Of a stretch of DNA of 64,000 nucleotides, positions 1 through 9,650 are shown in pieces (within the stretch, counting starts at the first letter, position 1; every line of letters begins with the position of its first letter). The notes beneath the pieces were generated by a model. The model was not told the DNA's origin, did not search any database, and saw nothing but the letters and a program-made list of their open reading frames with translations. Made by a program: the position numbers and the translations under genes. Source of the DNA: Rhodothermales bacterium (lineage in GTDB: Bacteria; Bacteroidota; Rhodothermia; Rhodothermales; VXPQ01); the NCBI GenBank assembly GCA_965116435.1, contig OZ220686.1:1082844-1146843 (forward strand), written 5' to 3'.

Positions 1-3000
1 TCGAGCAGTACGCGCACCTGTTGTCCCAACAGGTCGTACACCGCAAGCCGCACATGCTGCGTCTCTGGCAGCGCAAACGCTATCGTCGTCACCGGATTGA
101 ACGGGTTCGGATAGTTCTGATCCAGCGCAAACACCTCTGGTATCTCGTCCCCGAACGATTCGGCCGACGTCACGTCCGTCACGTCCGTGACCGTCACATC
201 GACGGACGCCTGCGCACCCCTCGAAAAGCCCGCCGGCAACGCGCCCAGCGACACCATGAACGTTTCGTCGTCCCTGTCGTCGTCCACCACCGTGGACAGC
301 GTACTCTCCCCGTTCGGCTCGTTCGCGTCAACGACAATGGACGCGAGCGCGCCATAGTCCTCTGCTTCGGCGGTGCCTGCGGTGAGCACGATCGGAACCG
401 TTATCGCACTCGGAACCGTCTGCGACAAAGAAACCGTGACCGTCAACGCCTCTCCCTCGCGCACAGGGTTCGGGGAAACGGACAGCGTAACCAGGGAGTC
501 GTCGTTGTTGTTGTTGTTATCGTCGCCACCTCCGCCGTCGCCGCCACCACCATCGCCACCACCGCCGCCGTCGTTATCCGTAATGGTCAGCGTGTGGACG
601 CGGGGGTTGCCCAGGTCGTAGTCCGCACTGTCCGAAAGCGTCAATATCACCGTCTCGGCCTGTTCGTTCGCGCTGTCGTCCGTAATCGTCACCGGAATGT
701 TCGCGGAAGACTGACCCGCGGCCACCTGCACCCGACCCGATCCTGTAATGCTGTAGTCCGAACCTGCCGTCGCCGTGCCCGACACCGCGTACTCCAGGGT
801 GACCGCGCCCGAAGGAGCAGGGCGGAGGTTGACCGCCACATTGCGCGTTCCAGACCCTTCCCCCGCGCTCTGCGACGCAGACGCAAAGGAAGCGACCGGC
901 GTAACCGGCCCGATCGGCCCGACCGGCCCACCGGTGCCCCCGTCGGAAGCGTCGATCAGCAACGTATGCGTGCGCCAGGGGGATTCCAAGGTGTAATCCG
1001 AACCCGACTTCAGCGTAAAGACGACCGTCTCGACCCCCTCCGACAAGGCGTCGTCGACGAGGCGGACGGGAATGGTCAACGACGTCTTGCCCGCCTCCAC
1101 GCGCACGGCGCGGGTGGGGCCGCCGCCGCCAGAAATGGAGTAGTCCGAATCCAGCGTCGCCGTCCCCGAAAGGCTGTATTGCAATACGAAGGACTCGCTC
1201 GACGAAGGCGTGATATCCACAAGTACGTCCTGGGAACCCACCCCTTCGTCCACGCTCGACGACGACGGGTAGAACGACACCCGAGGCGTCGTGTCCGTAT
1301 CGTCCCGCACCTTCGTCGTGATCGACGCAGCGCCCGTCACAACGTACCCTTCTCCAGGCAGAATAGTCACGACGAGAGAACCCTCCGGCTGCACCGCGTC
1401 CTTTTGCGTCGCAAGCACATTAAATGTCGCGAAGGAGGACGTATTCGCAGCAGGAATAGTGACCTGCCGCATGCCCTCCTCGCTCGCTGCAATAAAGTCC
1501 GCCCCCCCCTGCTCAACCACACGGACATTGACGTCCAGGTCCTGCACAGGACCCGGAATCACGTCCAGGAGGAACCATGCACCTGTACTCTCGAACGTGC
1601 CGCCAGGGAGGGGGCTTCCCCAACGAAGGCTCACCTGCGGGACCGGATCCACCTCCGACAACGTAAACTCCAGCGATCCCGTACTGCTCGCGCCACCGTC
1701 CAGATTGCTATCCAGATTCCCGACGCCGACAGAAATCGTCTCGGCAGGCTCGCTTAAAATGTCCGTGTGCGCTGAAATCGTCATCGTGACGCTGCGCGGC
1801 GCCGAAGGACCGACAATCTCCAGTATTACGGCGTTCGGATCGAACGTCACCCCCGGCGCAGAGGAAGTGGACAACTCGTAATCGCTGCTCAAGGACTCTC
1901 CGTACTCCGCCGACCCGGTCAAGCGAAACCGAATCTCCATCCTCTCTCCCGCAACGAGGCGCCGGCCCAGCTCCACGGCGAACGTCGCGCGCTCGCCCTC
2001 CGCCACCGTGCTACTCGACGCCGAGGTCAGCGTCACCGTCGTTGCATCGTCGTCCTCGACCTCCATCGTGACCGTACGGCTTTGCACGGGACCCCGCTCG
2101 TACCCCGTACCTGCGGCCAGATCGACGCGCAGCGACCCGCCCAAATCGTCGTCCGTGTCGTTCTGAAGAAGAATTATGTGGGATGCAGAGGACGACGCGT
2201 CGCCAGAAGCGGCGGGGATCGTCACCATCTTCTGCCCCTCGTCCGACGCGGCGACGAAATCCCCGGCGCCGGTCTCCGACACCGTCAGATTCACTGTCAG
2301 GGCCGACGACGGCGCAGGCCGCGCCTCCACCGTGACGGACGCGCTGCCCCCCTCTGTGACCGTCGGCGAACCGCTAATGATCACTATGGGAGACGACGGC
2401 GCGGACTCGTCGTCCGTGATTTCAACCTCGGCGACGTGACTTTGAAGGAGCAACCTGTAGTCGCCCTCCAGCAGCTCGACCGTCACATGGCCGGTGCCGC
2501 CATCCCACTGGGCGTTGTTCTTCGTGGGCACCGCATACGTCGCCATGCCGCTCGCGCCGACGGTCACCGTCTGCCGCCCGGCGTCCGACGAACGCAGCCA
2601 ATCCGAAAACTCCTCCTGACTCACCTGCAGGTTCACCGTCACCGGCGACACCGGCGCCGGACACAGCTCGACCGTGAATTCCGCGTTCATCCCCTCCGTC
2701 ACCGGAGACGTGCCCGCGCTAATCATAACGCCCGTGTTGTCGCCCGTGCAGCCGGAAACCTGGAACACCGGCGACAGCGCGTACAGATGCCGCGTGTCGG
2801 TCTTGGGACGGCGCCCGTTCGAATTGTTGTACTTGAAGGGGCCCGAACCCGAGGTGTTAAGAACGGCGTTGCACAGGTCGCCGATGCGGGGATTGGCCGT
2901 TCCCAGTTCCTTGCCGCTGTCGCCCGTGCCGTCGTTCTCGCTGCCCGTCCAGATGCTGAACGCCCCTATGCCGCCGCCGGTCAGGCCGCAACTGTTCAGG

Positions 3001-5462
3001 CGGATACTGTTTCCGTCCTCGTCCCGCCCCGTCTGCGAGGTGTCGTCCCAATCCTCGTCGTAGAAGTCCGCATAGTCGTCGGCGACCTTCGGGCCGCCCA
3101 GCCAGTAGATGGCCTCGCCTGCGCCGGTGGTCCCCGTGTGGTCGCGGGCGTCCACCGTCGGCGTCGAAACGAGCGCCCGGAACTGTGCGCCAAACCGCTG
3201 AATGTCCGCGTGCCCGCTGCCGAGGGCGCCCTGCACGTTCTGGTCGTACGTGGCGATGTTCGTCGAGGACGCCGCGAACTTCGTGGTGGGCGCCGCCAGC
3301 AGGCGGAACTTGCTCCCGGCGGTCGTCAGGCCAGACGGGACGAGCGACCAGTCGTTAGACACGGAAACCACGTCCTCAATCACGACCGTCGCCGTGCCCT
3401 GCGTACCGGCCAGATAATCCGGCGGCACGGAAGAGATCGCGAGCGTGAACGACTCGCCCGACTCGGCGGCAGCGTCCACCGGAATGTTGATATCGAAGCT
3501 GTGACGCGCCGTGTTCGCCGGCACGGTCACCGTAAAGGGACCCGCCTCGTAGTCCGTGCCCGCCGTGGCGCTGCCCCCGCTCGCCGTAACCGTGAACGTC
3601 TGCGCGCTCGACGACGTCGGCGTCAGCTCCAGCGTCGGACGCAGCGTCTCGCCTTCCGGTGCGCGGTACGTCGGACTGCTGAAACCAACGGCGGCCTTGA
3701 CCGGACCGACCGTAGCCGTGCCCGGATTGTGTATGAAGCCGTTGCCGTCATAGTACGTCACGGCAGCCATGTAGTACTTGCCTACATCTTCCGCCCGAAC
3801 AACAAAACGATTTGAGGAGGCGGACCCAGAGAAGCTCATGCGGGATGGATGAGAATCAATTACCCCATCTTCAACGGCATCCACCGGCTCGTCCTGAAAA
3901 TAGTAGTAATAAAAATCGATCAAACCGTAGCCGTCAGGGTCGGACGTGTCCTGCGTTATCGTCAGCGTCTCGGCGACCGCGGGAATTCCCTTGATGGAAA
4001 AGGTCGCATGACCGGTGTCTTCGTAGAGCGTCATGGTCATGGTATGCAGGGTCGGATCGTTGTGCAGCGTGTAACCCGTACCGGGGACCAGTGTCAAGAC
4101 GACCGTCTCGGCGTTGTCCCGAACCTCATCGCTGAGGACCGTTAAGTCCATCGCCCGCCGCGTGAATTTCACTAACTGTGCAGGTAGCGTGAACGTCCCC
4201 GTCCCGGCGGCGTAGTCGGTCGTGACAGTCAGGCCATCGGCCCCCGAACCCGAAGAAATCGTGTAGTCGACCCCCGGGGTGGCCGTGCCGGTCATGGTGA
4301 AGTGGACGACAACGTCCTCCTGCAGAGCTCCAGTGTTGTTGTGATAAAATTCCAGTCTACTCGTTTCCCCCCCCTCAGCCATCCAAGCGTACGGTGTCTC
4401 AGCCCACAGCACACCCGCAGGCACCGGAGCCACCTCAAAAACGCCGGACAGGCCCATATAGACATTGTTGCTGGTCTTCGCGTGATTCCCCTGGGAGATG
4501 GGGTTAGCACCCGTGTTGGCATTGCCCCACTGCACGTTGGTCGCGCCCAGGTGGTTCGAATGCTTGACGCCCGCGGTAGCGTGCGTCGTGCCCGTCTTCG
4601 TGCCGGTGTTCGGCCCGCGTTTTTGCGTCGTCGCAACGCCATTCGCGTTGCGCTCGTTCGCGTCCCCGAGCCCGGTATTATCCCAGGTGCCGTCCCAGAA
4701 ATCGTTGTGGTCGTCCGCGATCTTGCCGCCGCCCAGCCAGTAGATGGGGGTTGACCACGGCGTGTGGCTCGGGGAGTTGCTCTCCATGATGCCGGTGGCG
4801 GTGTGCCAGGCAGCATTGACCGTCGCCGTGCTGCCCACCACGCGGAATGTCGTCGCGTACGACCGGATGTCGGCGTGGCCCGTGCTTGAGCCGCTGATGC
4901 GGTTGCGCACAAACGTGTCGTAGTCGCCGATGTTGGCCGACGCGCCGTTGCGCTCGTTCTCCGTCTTGAACAGCAGCCGGAACTGGTCGCCTGTGTTCAA
5001 CCCGCTCGGCTTGAAATGCCAGTTTGGGTTCACCAGGCTCACGTTCACGATCTGGACCGTTGCCGTGCTCCGCGAGCCAAGCGTGAAGCCCTGCGGCGGC
5101 GAGGAGATGGTGAGCGTGAAGGTCTCGTAGTCCTCGATGTTCGTGTCCGTCTCGATGGCGACGTCGAAAGGGTGGCTCGTCGTGTTCGCCGGCACGGTGA
5201 CGCTAAAGGGGCCCGCCGCATAGTCCGTGCCGGAGGTGGCCGTGCCGCCGCTGGCGGTCACGCTGAACGTCACCGGGTTCGACGAACCCGCCGACAGGCT
5301 CAGCGTCGGCTGGAGGGTCTGGCCCTCGCGAACGTTGTAGTTCCCGCGACCAAACTGGACGGTCGTGCTCTGGGCGCTGGCCTGCTCCGCAAAGACGCCC
5401 AGGAATAGCAGGGCGGACAGCAGCGCGAAGGCCGCAACCCGGACCAGGCGCCCAACACGCAA
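1..5462 (-). CDS. Giant secreted Calx-beta repeat protein with T9SS (Por) C-terminal sorting domain; the 3' end runs off the left edge (about 1820 codons in the window)
   Basis: Absent from the ORF track, consistent with no in-window stop in this frame. My translation, phased from TTG 5462-5460, stays open down to position 3, and no other minus ORF is listed in that phase. The N-terminus MRVGRLVRVAAFALLSALLFLGVFAEQASAQ is a signal peptide. About ten Calx-beta-like modules follow (recurrent G(T/S)A(T/S)xGxDY and DDxxxE motifs). A GGGGGDGGGGDGGGGDDNNNNNDD linker is present. The left edge reads FALDQNYPNPFNPVTTIAFALPETQHVRLAVYDLLGQQVRVLL, a typical T9SS tail. No ATG lies between the upstream stop and the signal peptide, so a TTG start is inferred. 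Confidence 0.8.
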   Translation of the reverse strand, partial: MRVGRLVRVAAFALLSALLFLGVFAEQASAQSTTVQFGRGNYNVREGQTLQPTLSLSAGSSNPVTFSVTASGGTATSGTDYAAGPFSVTVPANTTSHPFDVAIETDTNIEDYETFTLTISSPPQGFTLGSRSTATVQIVNVSLVNPNWHFKPSGLNTGDQFRLLFKTENERNGASANIGDYDTFVRNRISGSSTGHADIRSYATTFRVVGSTATVNAAWHTATGIMESNSPSHTPWSTPIYWLGGGKIADDHNDFWDGTWDNTGLGDANERNANGVATTQKRGPNTGTKTGTTHATAGVKHSNHLGATNVQWGNANTGANPISQGNHAKTSNNVYMGLSGVFEVAPVPAGVLWAETPYAWMAEGGETSRLEFYHNNTGALQEDVVVHFTMTGTATPGVDYTISSGSGADGLTVTTDYAAGTGTFTLPAQLVKFTRRAMDLTVLSDEVRDNAETVVLTLVPGTGYTLHNDPTLHTMTMTLYEDTGHATFSIKGIPAVAETLTITQDTSDPDGYGLIDFYYYYFQDEPVDAVEDGVIDSHPSRMSFSGSASSNRFVVRAEDVGKYYMAAVTYYDGNGFIHNPGTATVGPVKAAVGFSSPTYRAPEGETLRPTLELTPTSSSAQTFTVTASGGSATAGTDYEAGPFTVTVPANTARHSFDINIPVDAAAESGESFTLAISSVPPDYLAGTQGTATVVIEDVVSVSNDWSLVPSGLTTAGSKFRLLAAPTTKFAASSTNIATYDQNVQGALGSGHADIQRFGAQFRALVSTPTVDARDHTGTTGAGEAIYWLGGPKVADDYADFYDEDWDDTSQTGRDEDGNSIRLNSCGLTGGGIGAFSIWTGSENDGTGDSGKELGTANPRIGDLCNAVLNTSGSGPFKYNNSNGRRPKTDTRHLYALSPVFQVSGCTGDNTGVMISAGTSPVTEGMNAEFTVELCPAPVSPVTVNLQVSQEEFSDWLRSSDAGRQTVTVGASGMATYAVPTKNNAQWDGGTGHVTVELLEGDYRLLLQSHVAEVEITDDESAPSSPIVIISGSPTVTEGGSASVTVEARPAPSSALTVNLTVSETGAGDFVAASDEGQKMVTIPAASGDASSSASHIILLQNDTDDDLGGSLRVDLAAGTGYERGPVQSRTVTMEVEDDDATTVTLTSASSSTVAEGERATFAVELGRRLVAGERMEIRFRLTGSAEYGESLSSDYELSTSSAPGVTFDPNAVILEIVGPSAPRSVTMTISAHTDILSEPAETISVGVGNLDSNLDGGASSTGSLEFTLSEVDPVPQVSLRWGSPLPGGTFESTGAWFLLDVIPGPVQDLDVNVRVVEQGGADFIAASEEGMRQVTIPAANTSSFATFNVLATQKDAVQPEGSLVVTILPGEGYVVTGAASITTKVRDDTDTTPRVSFYPSSSSVDEGVGSQDVLVDITPSSSESFVLQYSLSGTATLDSDYSISGGGGPTRAVRVEAGKTSLTIPVRLVDDALSEGVETVVFTLKSGSDYTLESPWRTHTLLIDASDGGTGGPVGPIGPVTPVASFASASQSAGEGSGTRNVAVNLRPAPSGAVTLEYAVSGTATAGSDYSITGSGRVQVAAGQSSANIPVTITDDSANEQAETVILTLSDSADYDLGNPRVHTLTITDNDGGGGGDGGGGDGGGGDDNNNNNDDSLVTLSVSPNPVREGEALTVTVSLSQTVPSAITVPIVLTAGTAEAEDYGALASIVVDANEPNGESTLSTVVDDDRDDETFMVSLGALPAGFSRGAQASVDVTVTDVTDVTSAESFGDEIPEVFALDQNYPNPFNPVTTIAFALPETQHVRLAVYDLLGQQVRVLL

Positions 5463-5981
5463 ACCCCGGGCGCAAACACGGGTTGGCCCGCCTTGCGAGC
5501 GGCTCGCTCCTCCAAGCGACGGCGCCCGTCCACATCCGAGGGAAGGGGCTGCCGTCGGATCCGTTGCCTGTGCGCTGACGAGAACGTCGTTCAGGATGTG
5601 AGGGGGGGGGGCGCAAATTGCGTCGCGGGTAGACGAGGGAATCATTGCTGCTTTCCGGTCTGGGGGTGTCTGAGGGTATCTGGTATGCATGTGTTTGCCG
5701 GTATTTGCACGCATCTTCACGTATTGGCGCGTACTTTCGATGCGTAGCGGTGGCCATCTCCCGGGACGCGCACAGGACGCGCACAAACAGCGTACTGTGC
5801 AGAAGCAACATTAGCAACATTGGGAGCGCCAATCACTGGAATTATCCAAAAACCTGCGATCCGGCGGGCGAAATATACGACAGGGGCCGCCATGTTGTCA
5901 ATCAAAAATGCAAGAATATTTTCCTTGCCGGCGCGCCCGGCGCATGCGAGACGCTGCACGTACGACGACGGCGACAGGGCG

Positions 5982-6051
5982 CTGCTTCGCCATGCCTTGC
6001 CAGCGCACACCTCGCTGCCTCTGAATCTTTGCAGACGTAATCAGAGCATCC
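5982..6051 (+). mobile_element. Truncated copy (3' terminal ~70 bp) of the ~250 bp MITE-like element
   Basis: ctgcttcgccatgccttgccagcgcacacctcgctgcctctgaatctttgcagacgtaatcagagcatcc aligns with the 3' end of the full copies (e.g. 45415-45488). Confidence 0.6.
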
Positions 6052-6085
6052 TTAAACAGATCACCCTGAAGCGTCGCGGATGCAA

Positions 6086-6811
6086 TCAGCGCGCCATCAA
6101 GTCCCGCGAACCGTCGGACTGGAGTACGTATTCGAACGTATAATACCGCGACGGAACCGATGCATCAGGAGGGTCCGGATTATCCTGGTAATAACTCAGA
6201 ATCCGCAGTTTCGCATAGCGGCCGTTCGCCGTCTTGAGTACGATGGTGCGGCCCGGAACAGGCAAAAGCAGCATGCTTTCGGCATTATAGGTATACCAGC
6301 CGTTGTCCGAGCCGGAGCAGATCGCGTAGGGCGAGCCCGGAACGGGACCGAAGGGCGTGGAAACCTCCGGGCAGGATGTGTTCTCTCCGTCGGCAATATA
6401 GCCTCCTTCCGGGGCTTCGACAACGTCGGCGAAAGGCTGCGCAAGCAGCTGCGCCGCGGCTTCGCCTGGCCCGCTTGCGCCCCCGTTGAAAATGATCGTC
6501 GTGCCTCGGAAGCCGATATCCCACGCGGTCGAAGCGGAATCGCGCTGCCGGGCGGCGGCGTCCGTCTGAGACGAGGGAATGCGTATCGAACCCGCCTCAA
6601 GATCATACAGCGTAAACAGGTTGTTGCTAATCGAGGCCCCCGTATCGGGATCGCGGCCCGAAACCGGATCCGCCGGAATATTCTCGGCTATTTGCACGTC
6701 AAGAGGAACCGGGGCGGGCTCGGGATCCGCGCTGTCGCACCCTGCGAGCAACAGGACGAACCCGCAAAGTACAGAAAGCGCAACAGGTATTTTCAGGGGG
6801 CGTGGCGTCAT
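6086..6811 (-). CDS. HmuY-family (haem-binding-like) lipoprotein
   Basis: ORF 6086-6895. The internal Met at 6811 gives MTPRPLKIPVALSVLCGFVLLLAGCDS, a lipobox. The body has HmuY-like blocks: WDIGFRGTTIIFNGGASG, NGWYTYN and TIVLKTANGRYAKLRILSYY. It lies downstream of a TonB-dependent receptor on the same strand. The start is ambiguous (6811 or 6895) because the upstream ATG lies inside a tandem repeat. Confidence 0.7.
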   Translation of the reverse strand: MTPRPLKIPVALSVLCGFVLLLAGCDSADPEPAPVPLDVQIAENIPADPVSGRDPDTGASISNNLFTLYDLEAGSIRIPSSQTDAAARQRDSASTAWDIGFRGTTIIFNGGASGPGEAAAQLLAQPFADVVEAPEGGYIADGENTSCPEVSTPFGPVPGSPYAICSGSDNGWYTYNAESMLLLPVPGRTIVLKTANGRYAKLRILSYYQDNPDPPDASVPSRYYTFEYVLQSDGSRDLMAR

Positions 6812-7067
6812 GGGGCGGGATGTTGCAGGGCGCGTCGTTGCGGGGCGTGTCGTTACGGTGAGACGGGCAATATCAAGACGAAGGGGGTTGCGCATAGTTG
6901 GGGCGTGTTGTTATGGGGCGTGGCGTCATGGGGCGGGTTGCAGGGCGTGTTGTTACGGGGCGTGTTGTTATGGTGAGACGGGCAAGATCAAGACGAAGGG
7001 GGTTACGCATAGTTGGGGCGTGTTGTTATGGGGCGTGTTGCCATGGGCGTGTTGCCATGGGGCGCAC
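6796..7067. repeat. Tandem duplication, ~115-119 bp unit x ~2.3, with internal ~15 bp GGGGCGTGTTGTTA(C/T) sub-repeats
   Basis: Unit 6796-6914 recurs at 6915-7029 (ggtgagacgggcaaKatcaagacgaagggggttRcgcatagttggggcgtgttgttat). A partial third unit spans 7030-7067. The array fills the TBDR-hmuY intergenic space. Confidence 0.85.
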
Positions 7068-7103
7068 GGTCGGTGTTTTATATGGATGCGCTGGTTACAG
7101 GAT

Positions 7104-9242
7104 TTACAGCGAGAGGCGGAGCGCCGCGTACAGCCGGCGTCCGGGAAGCGACGGCACCAGGGTCGAGCGCGTAATGTCGAACACATTGTCTACGCCCAGC
7201 TGGATGTGGGCGTCGGACGAGCCCGGAACTGGTACGTCCTTGGTAACAGTCGCATCGAACACCGCATAGGCCGGCACAAACTCGTCGTCGCGATTGGCCA
7301 GCGCGTTGCCGTCCAGATCGCGGTAGCCGTACCGACTGCGCCAACGCCCCCGAACGCTGGCGACAAGGCCAAACGGCGCGTGCGCATACGCGGCGCGGAA
7401 TGTCGCCGTATGGGGCGAACGCCCGAACATCCCGCCATAGTCGCCCAGGCCGAGGCGGTACTCCCGCCCGGACGGGTCGCGTCCGAATACGGCGCCGGTT
7501 TCCAGCGCGTCGATCACTTCGCGGTCGCGCGCCTGGAGAAACTGATAGCCGAAGGCGACATCAAGGCGGTTCCGTTGCCCTGCAATCGCCCGAACCGTGG
7601 CGTCCGCCTCGATGCCTCGCGTGTAGATCCGCGCAAGGTTGAAATAGCCGAACGCGAACTGCCCGTTCGTCTTTTGCGCAATAGGCTGGGTCTCGATGAG
7701 ATCGCGGACGTTGTTGTGGAACGCATTGGCAGAGACAGCGAGGCGGGGAAACGGCTCGATGGAACCGCCTATGTTGACCGCAACGGAGCTTTCGGCGCGG
7801 ATCTCCTCGAGCGTGGCGGGATTGATGAAGAGGCGGTCAATCGCTCCGTCGGCCTGGAGCCGCGCAATGCCTTCCTGCAACCGGGTGGCGCCAAAGACGG
7901 AGTACCCCGCCGCAGCGTTGGTGAACGCAAGGTAAAACTGCCGAAACGCGGGCGCCTTGAAACCACTGCCCACGCTCACCCGAAAGCGCAGGTTGTCCGC
8001 CGGGCGAACCAGCAGGGCGATTTTTGGGGTCAGCCGGGCGGCGTAGTCGGAATGGGCGTCGAAGCGGGCGCTGGCGCTCGCCTCGACCAGGCGCAGCGGA
8101 AGCCATTCATGCTGGACAAAGGCGTAGGCCTGGTTCGCCGCCGGGCGCTCGCCGTCCGCATCGGGTCCGTAGCGGGCGCCGCCCAGACGTTCCCGCACCG
8201 CGCCCCCGCCGAGGCTCGTGAGGTGGCGCCCGTTCCAAAGCGCGTCCAGCTGAGTCTCGGCCTTCAGATAGCGCTGGTCAAAATCGTCCTCGTAGGTAAG
8301 GGCCCCGTCGCGCTGGCGGCGGTAGCGCGTCTCGGTCCGGTAGCGTGCTGCATAGAGCGTCGTGGTGAGCCGAAAACGATCCGAGAGTCGAATGCGGGCT
8401 TCCGGGTGCAGCGTCCAGTCGATGCGGCGGCCATCGTCGTCGTACCGCGTTTCAACGCCATCGGGCTGCAATGCGAAGGCGCTTTGCTGGTCCTCTATGG
8501 TGGCCCGGGCGCCGAGCCGCAGCAGCACGCGATCCGAAAGGGCAAGGCGGCTGCGCCAATCGGCGGTCCAGTCGGTGAACGCCGGGCTGGTGGCGCCGAA
8601 CGAGGCGGGCGTCAGGTCGTAGCCCGCCGAAGCGTAGCGGTTGAAAAACAGGCGCGCCCCCGCCCGTTCGCGTCCGGCTTCGACTTCGGCGGTAAGGTCC
8701 GTGGTCCCGAACGACCCGAACCGGCCGCCAAGCGTGCCCTTAAACCCCTCGGCCGCAGGCGCCGTAACCAGATTGACCACGCCCGCAAGCGCTTCGCTTC
8801 CGTAGAGCGAGGACGACGGACCGCGCACGATTTCGACCCGATCCAGGCCCTGTACGCTCAAGCGGTTCAGGTCCAGGGTGCCCGCCGTCCGCCCGATGAC
8901 CGGTTCGCCGTCCAGAAGAATGAGCGTGTACTCCGGCGCAAAACCCTGCACCTGCACCCCCGCGCCATGGTCGTCGAACAGGGCAAGGCCGGGAATCGTC
9001 ACCAGGACGTCGGCCAACCGCACCGCCCCCTGGATCCGCATGGTCTCGGCCAGCACGACCGTAGTGGGCACAGCCACGTCCTCAAGCGCCTTTTCCGAGC
9101 GCGTGGCGGTCACGACGACCGGCGCCATCTCGACGACGCGCAACGAATCCGCTTTCACGGAATCGGCGGGAACGCGTTGCGCGTGCGCCGTCATCGCAGG
9201 AAGCGCTATGGCGAGCGCCAGCAGCAAACGAATGGACTGCAT
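7104..9242 (-). CDS. TonB-dependent outer-membrane receptor
   Basis: ORF 7104-9272. Met at 9242 gives the signal peptide MQSIRLLLALAIALPAMTAHAQ. Plug-domain motifs are present: VVVTATRSEKALEDVAVPTTVV, LDRVEIVRGPSSSLYGSEALAGVVNLVT. A long beta-barrel body follows. The 899-aa plus-strand ORF 6579-9278 is its antisense shadow. Confidence 0.9.
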   Translation of the reverse strand: MQSIRLLLALAIALPAMTAHAQRVPADSVKADSLRVVEMAPVVVTATRSEKALEDVAVPTTVVLAETMRIQGAVRLADVLVTIPGLALFDDHGAGVQVQGFAPEYTLILLDGEPVIGRTAGTLDLNRLSVQGLDRVEIVRGPSSSLYGSEALAGVVNLVTAPAAEGFKGTLGGRFGSFGTTDLTAEVEAGRERAGARLFFNRYASAGYDLTPASFGATSPAFTDWTADWRSRLALSDRVLLRLGARATIEDQQSAFALQPDGVETRYDDDGRRIDWTLHPEARIRLSDRFRLTTTLYAARYRTETRYRRQRDGALTYEDDFDQRYLKAETQLDALWNGRHLTSLGGGAVRERLGGARYGPDADGERPAANQAYAFVQHEWLPLRLVEASASARFDAHSDYAARLTPKIALLVRPADNLRFRVSVGSGFKAPAFRQFYLAFTNAAAGYSVFGATRLQEGIARLQADGAIDRLFINPATLEEIRAESSVAVNIGGSIEPFPRLAVSANAFHNNVRDLIETQPIAQKTNGQFAFGYFNLARIYTRGIEADATVRAIAGQRNRLDVAFGYQFLQARDREVIDALETGAVFGRDPSGREYRLGLGDYGGMFGRSPHTATFRAAYAHAPFGLVASVRGRWRSRYGYRDLDGNALANRDDEFVPAYAVFDATVTKDVPVPGSSDAHIQLGVDNVFDITRSTLVPSLPGRRLYAALRLSL

Positions 9243-9278
9243 GGAAGAAGGGCTGGATCGGATCGGCAGCAATTATAA

Positions 9279-9533
9279 GGATGTACTGATCAAGTCCACT
9301 TCGATCAGGGCTTCACGTACGCGAGTAGCGTTTGTAATGATTCTATCGTTAAAATCATCGGAAAACACGGCGTGTTGCGGCGTCGGGGTCGTGAAGCGCC
9401 CTTCGGGAGGCATCAAGGAGCGCGCTGGCTGCCTCATTCCTCATTACGCGGGGCCGCCACACTACCTGCTTCGTCATTCCTTGCCAGCCCACTCCTCATT
9501 GCCTCTGATCTTCGCGGACTTAATCAGAGTGCT
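9279..9533 (+). mobile_element. MITE-like element, full copy 1
   Basis: Starts GGATGTACTGATCAAGTCCACTTCGATCAG and ends CTGATCTTCGCGGACTTAATCAGAGTGC. Roughly 85-90% identical by eye to the copies at 11407, 36500, 40406 and 45236. Confidence 0.85.
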
Positions 9534-9650
9534 TTCTATTTAGATTAAATCTAAATTATAGACACATACAGCGTTATGAATTTTTCTCGAATAGTCCCGG
9601 CATCTGGGTATGGAAGGGCTGGCGGCAGGATAAAAACCTGCGCGAAAAGC

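Noticed and set aside
21-3815. Long plus-strand ORFs 21-1757 (578 aa) and 2082-3815 (577 aa), plus several smaller ones
   Set aside because: They are extremely Arg/His/Gly-rich and low in complexity. They sit in exact antisense codon register with the open minus-strand frame that encodes a coherent Calx-beta/T9SS protein. These are typical high-GC shadow ORFs.
5602-5611. G10 homopolymer upstream of the giant surface-protein gene, and a second G10 at 36858-36867 upstream of the lipoprotein gene, as phase-variation switches
   Set aside because: With roughly one third G and one third C, a rough estimate gives about one to two 10-nt G or C runs by chance in 64 kb on two strands. Two occurrences are therefore not significant on their own, and no repeat-length polymorphism can be seen from one sequence.
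6579-9278. 899-aa plus-strand ORF
   Set aside because: It is the antisense shadow of the TonB-dependent receptor (7104-9242, minus), which has clear plug and barrel motifs. The plus-strand product is Arg/Gly-rich nonsense.
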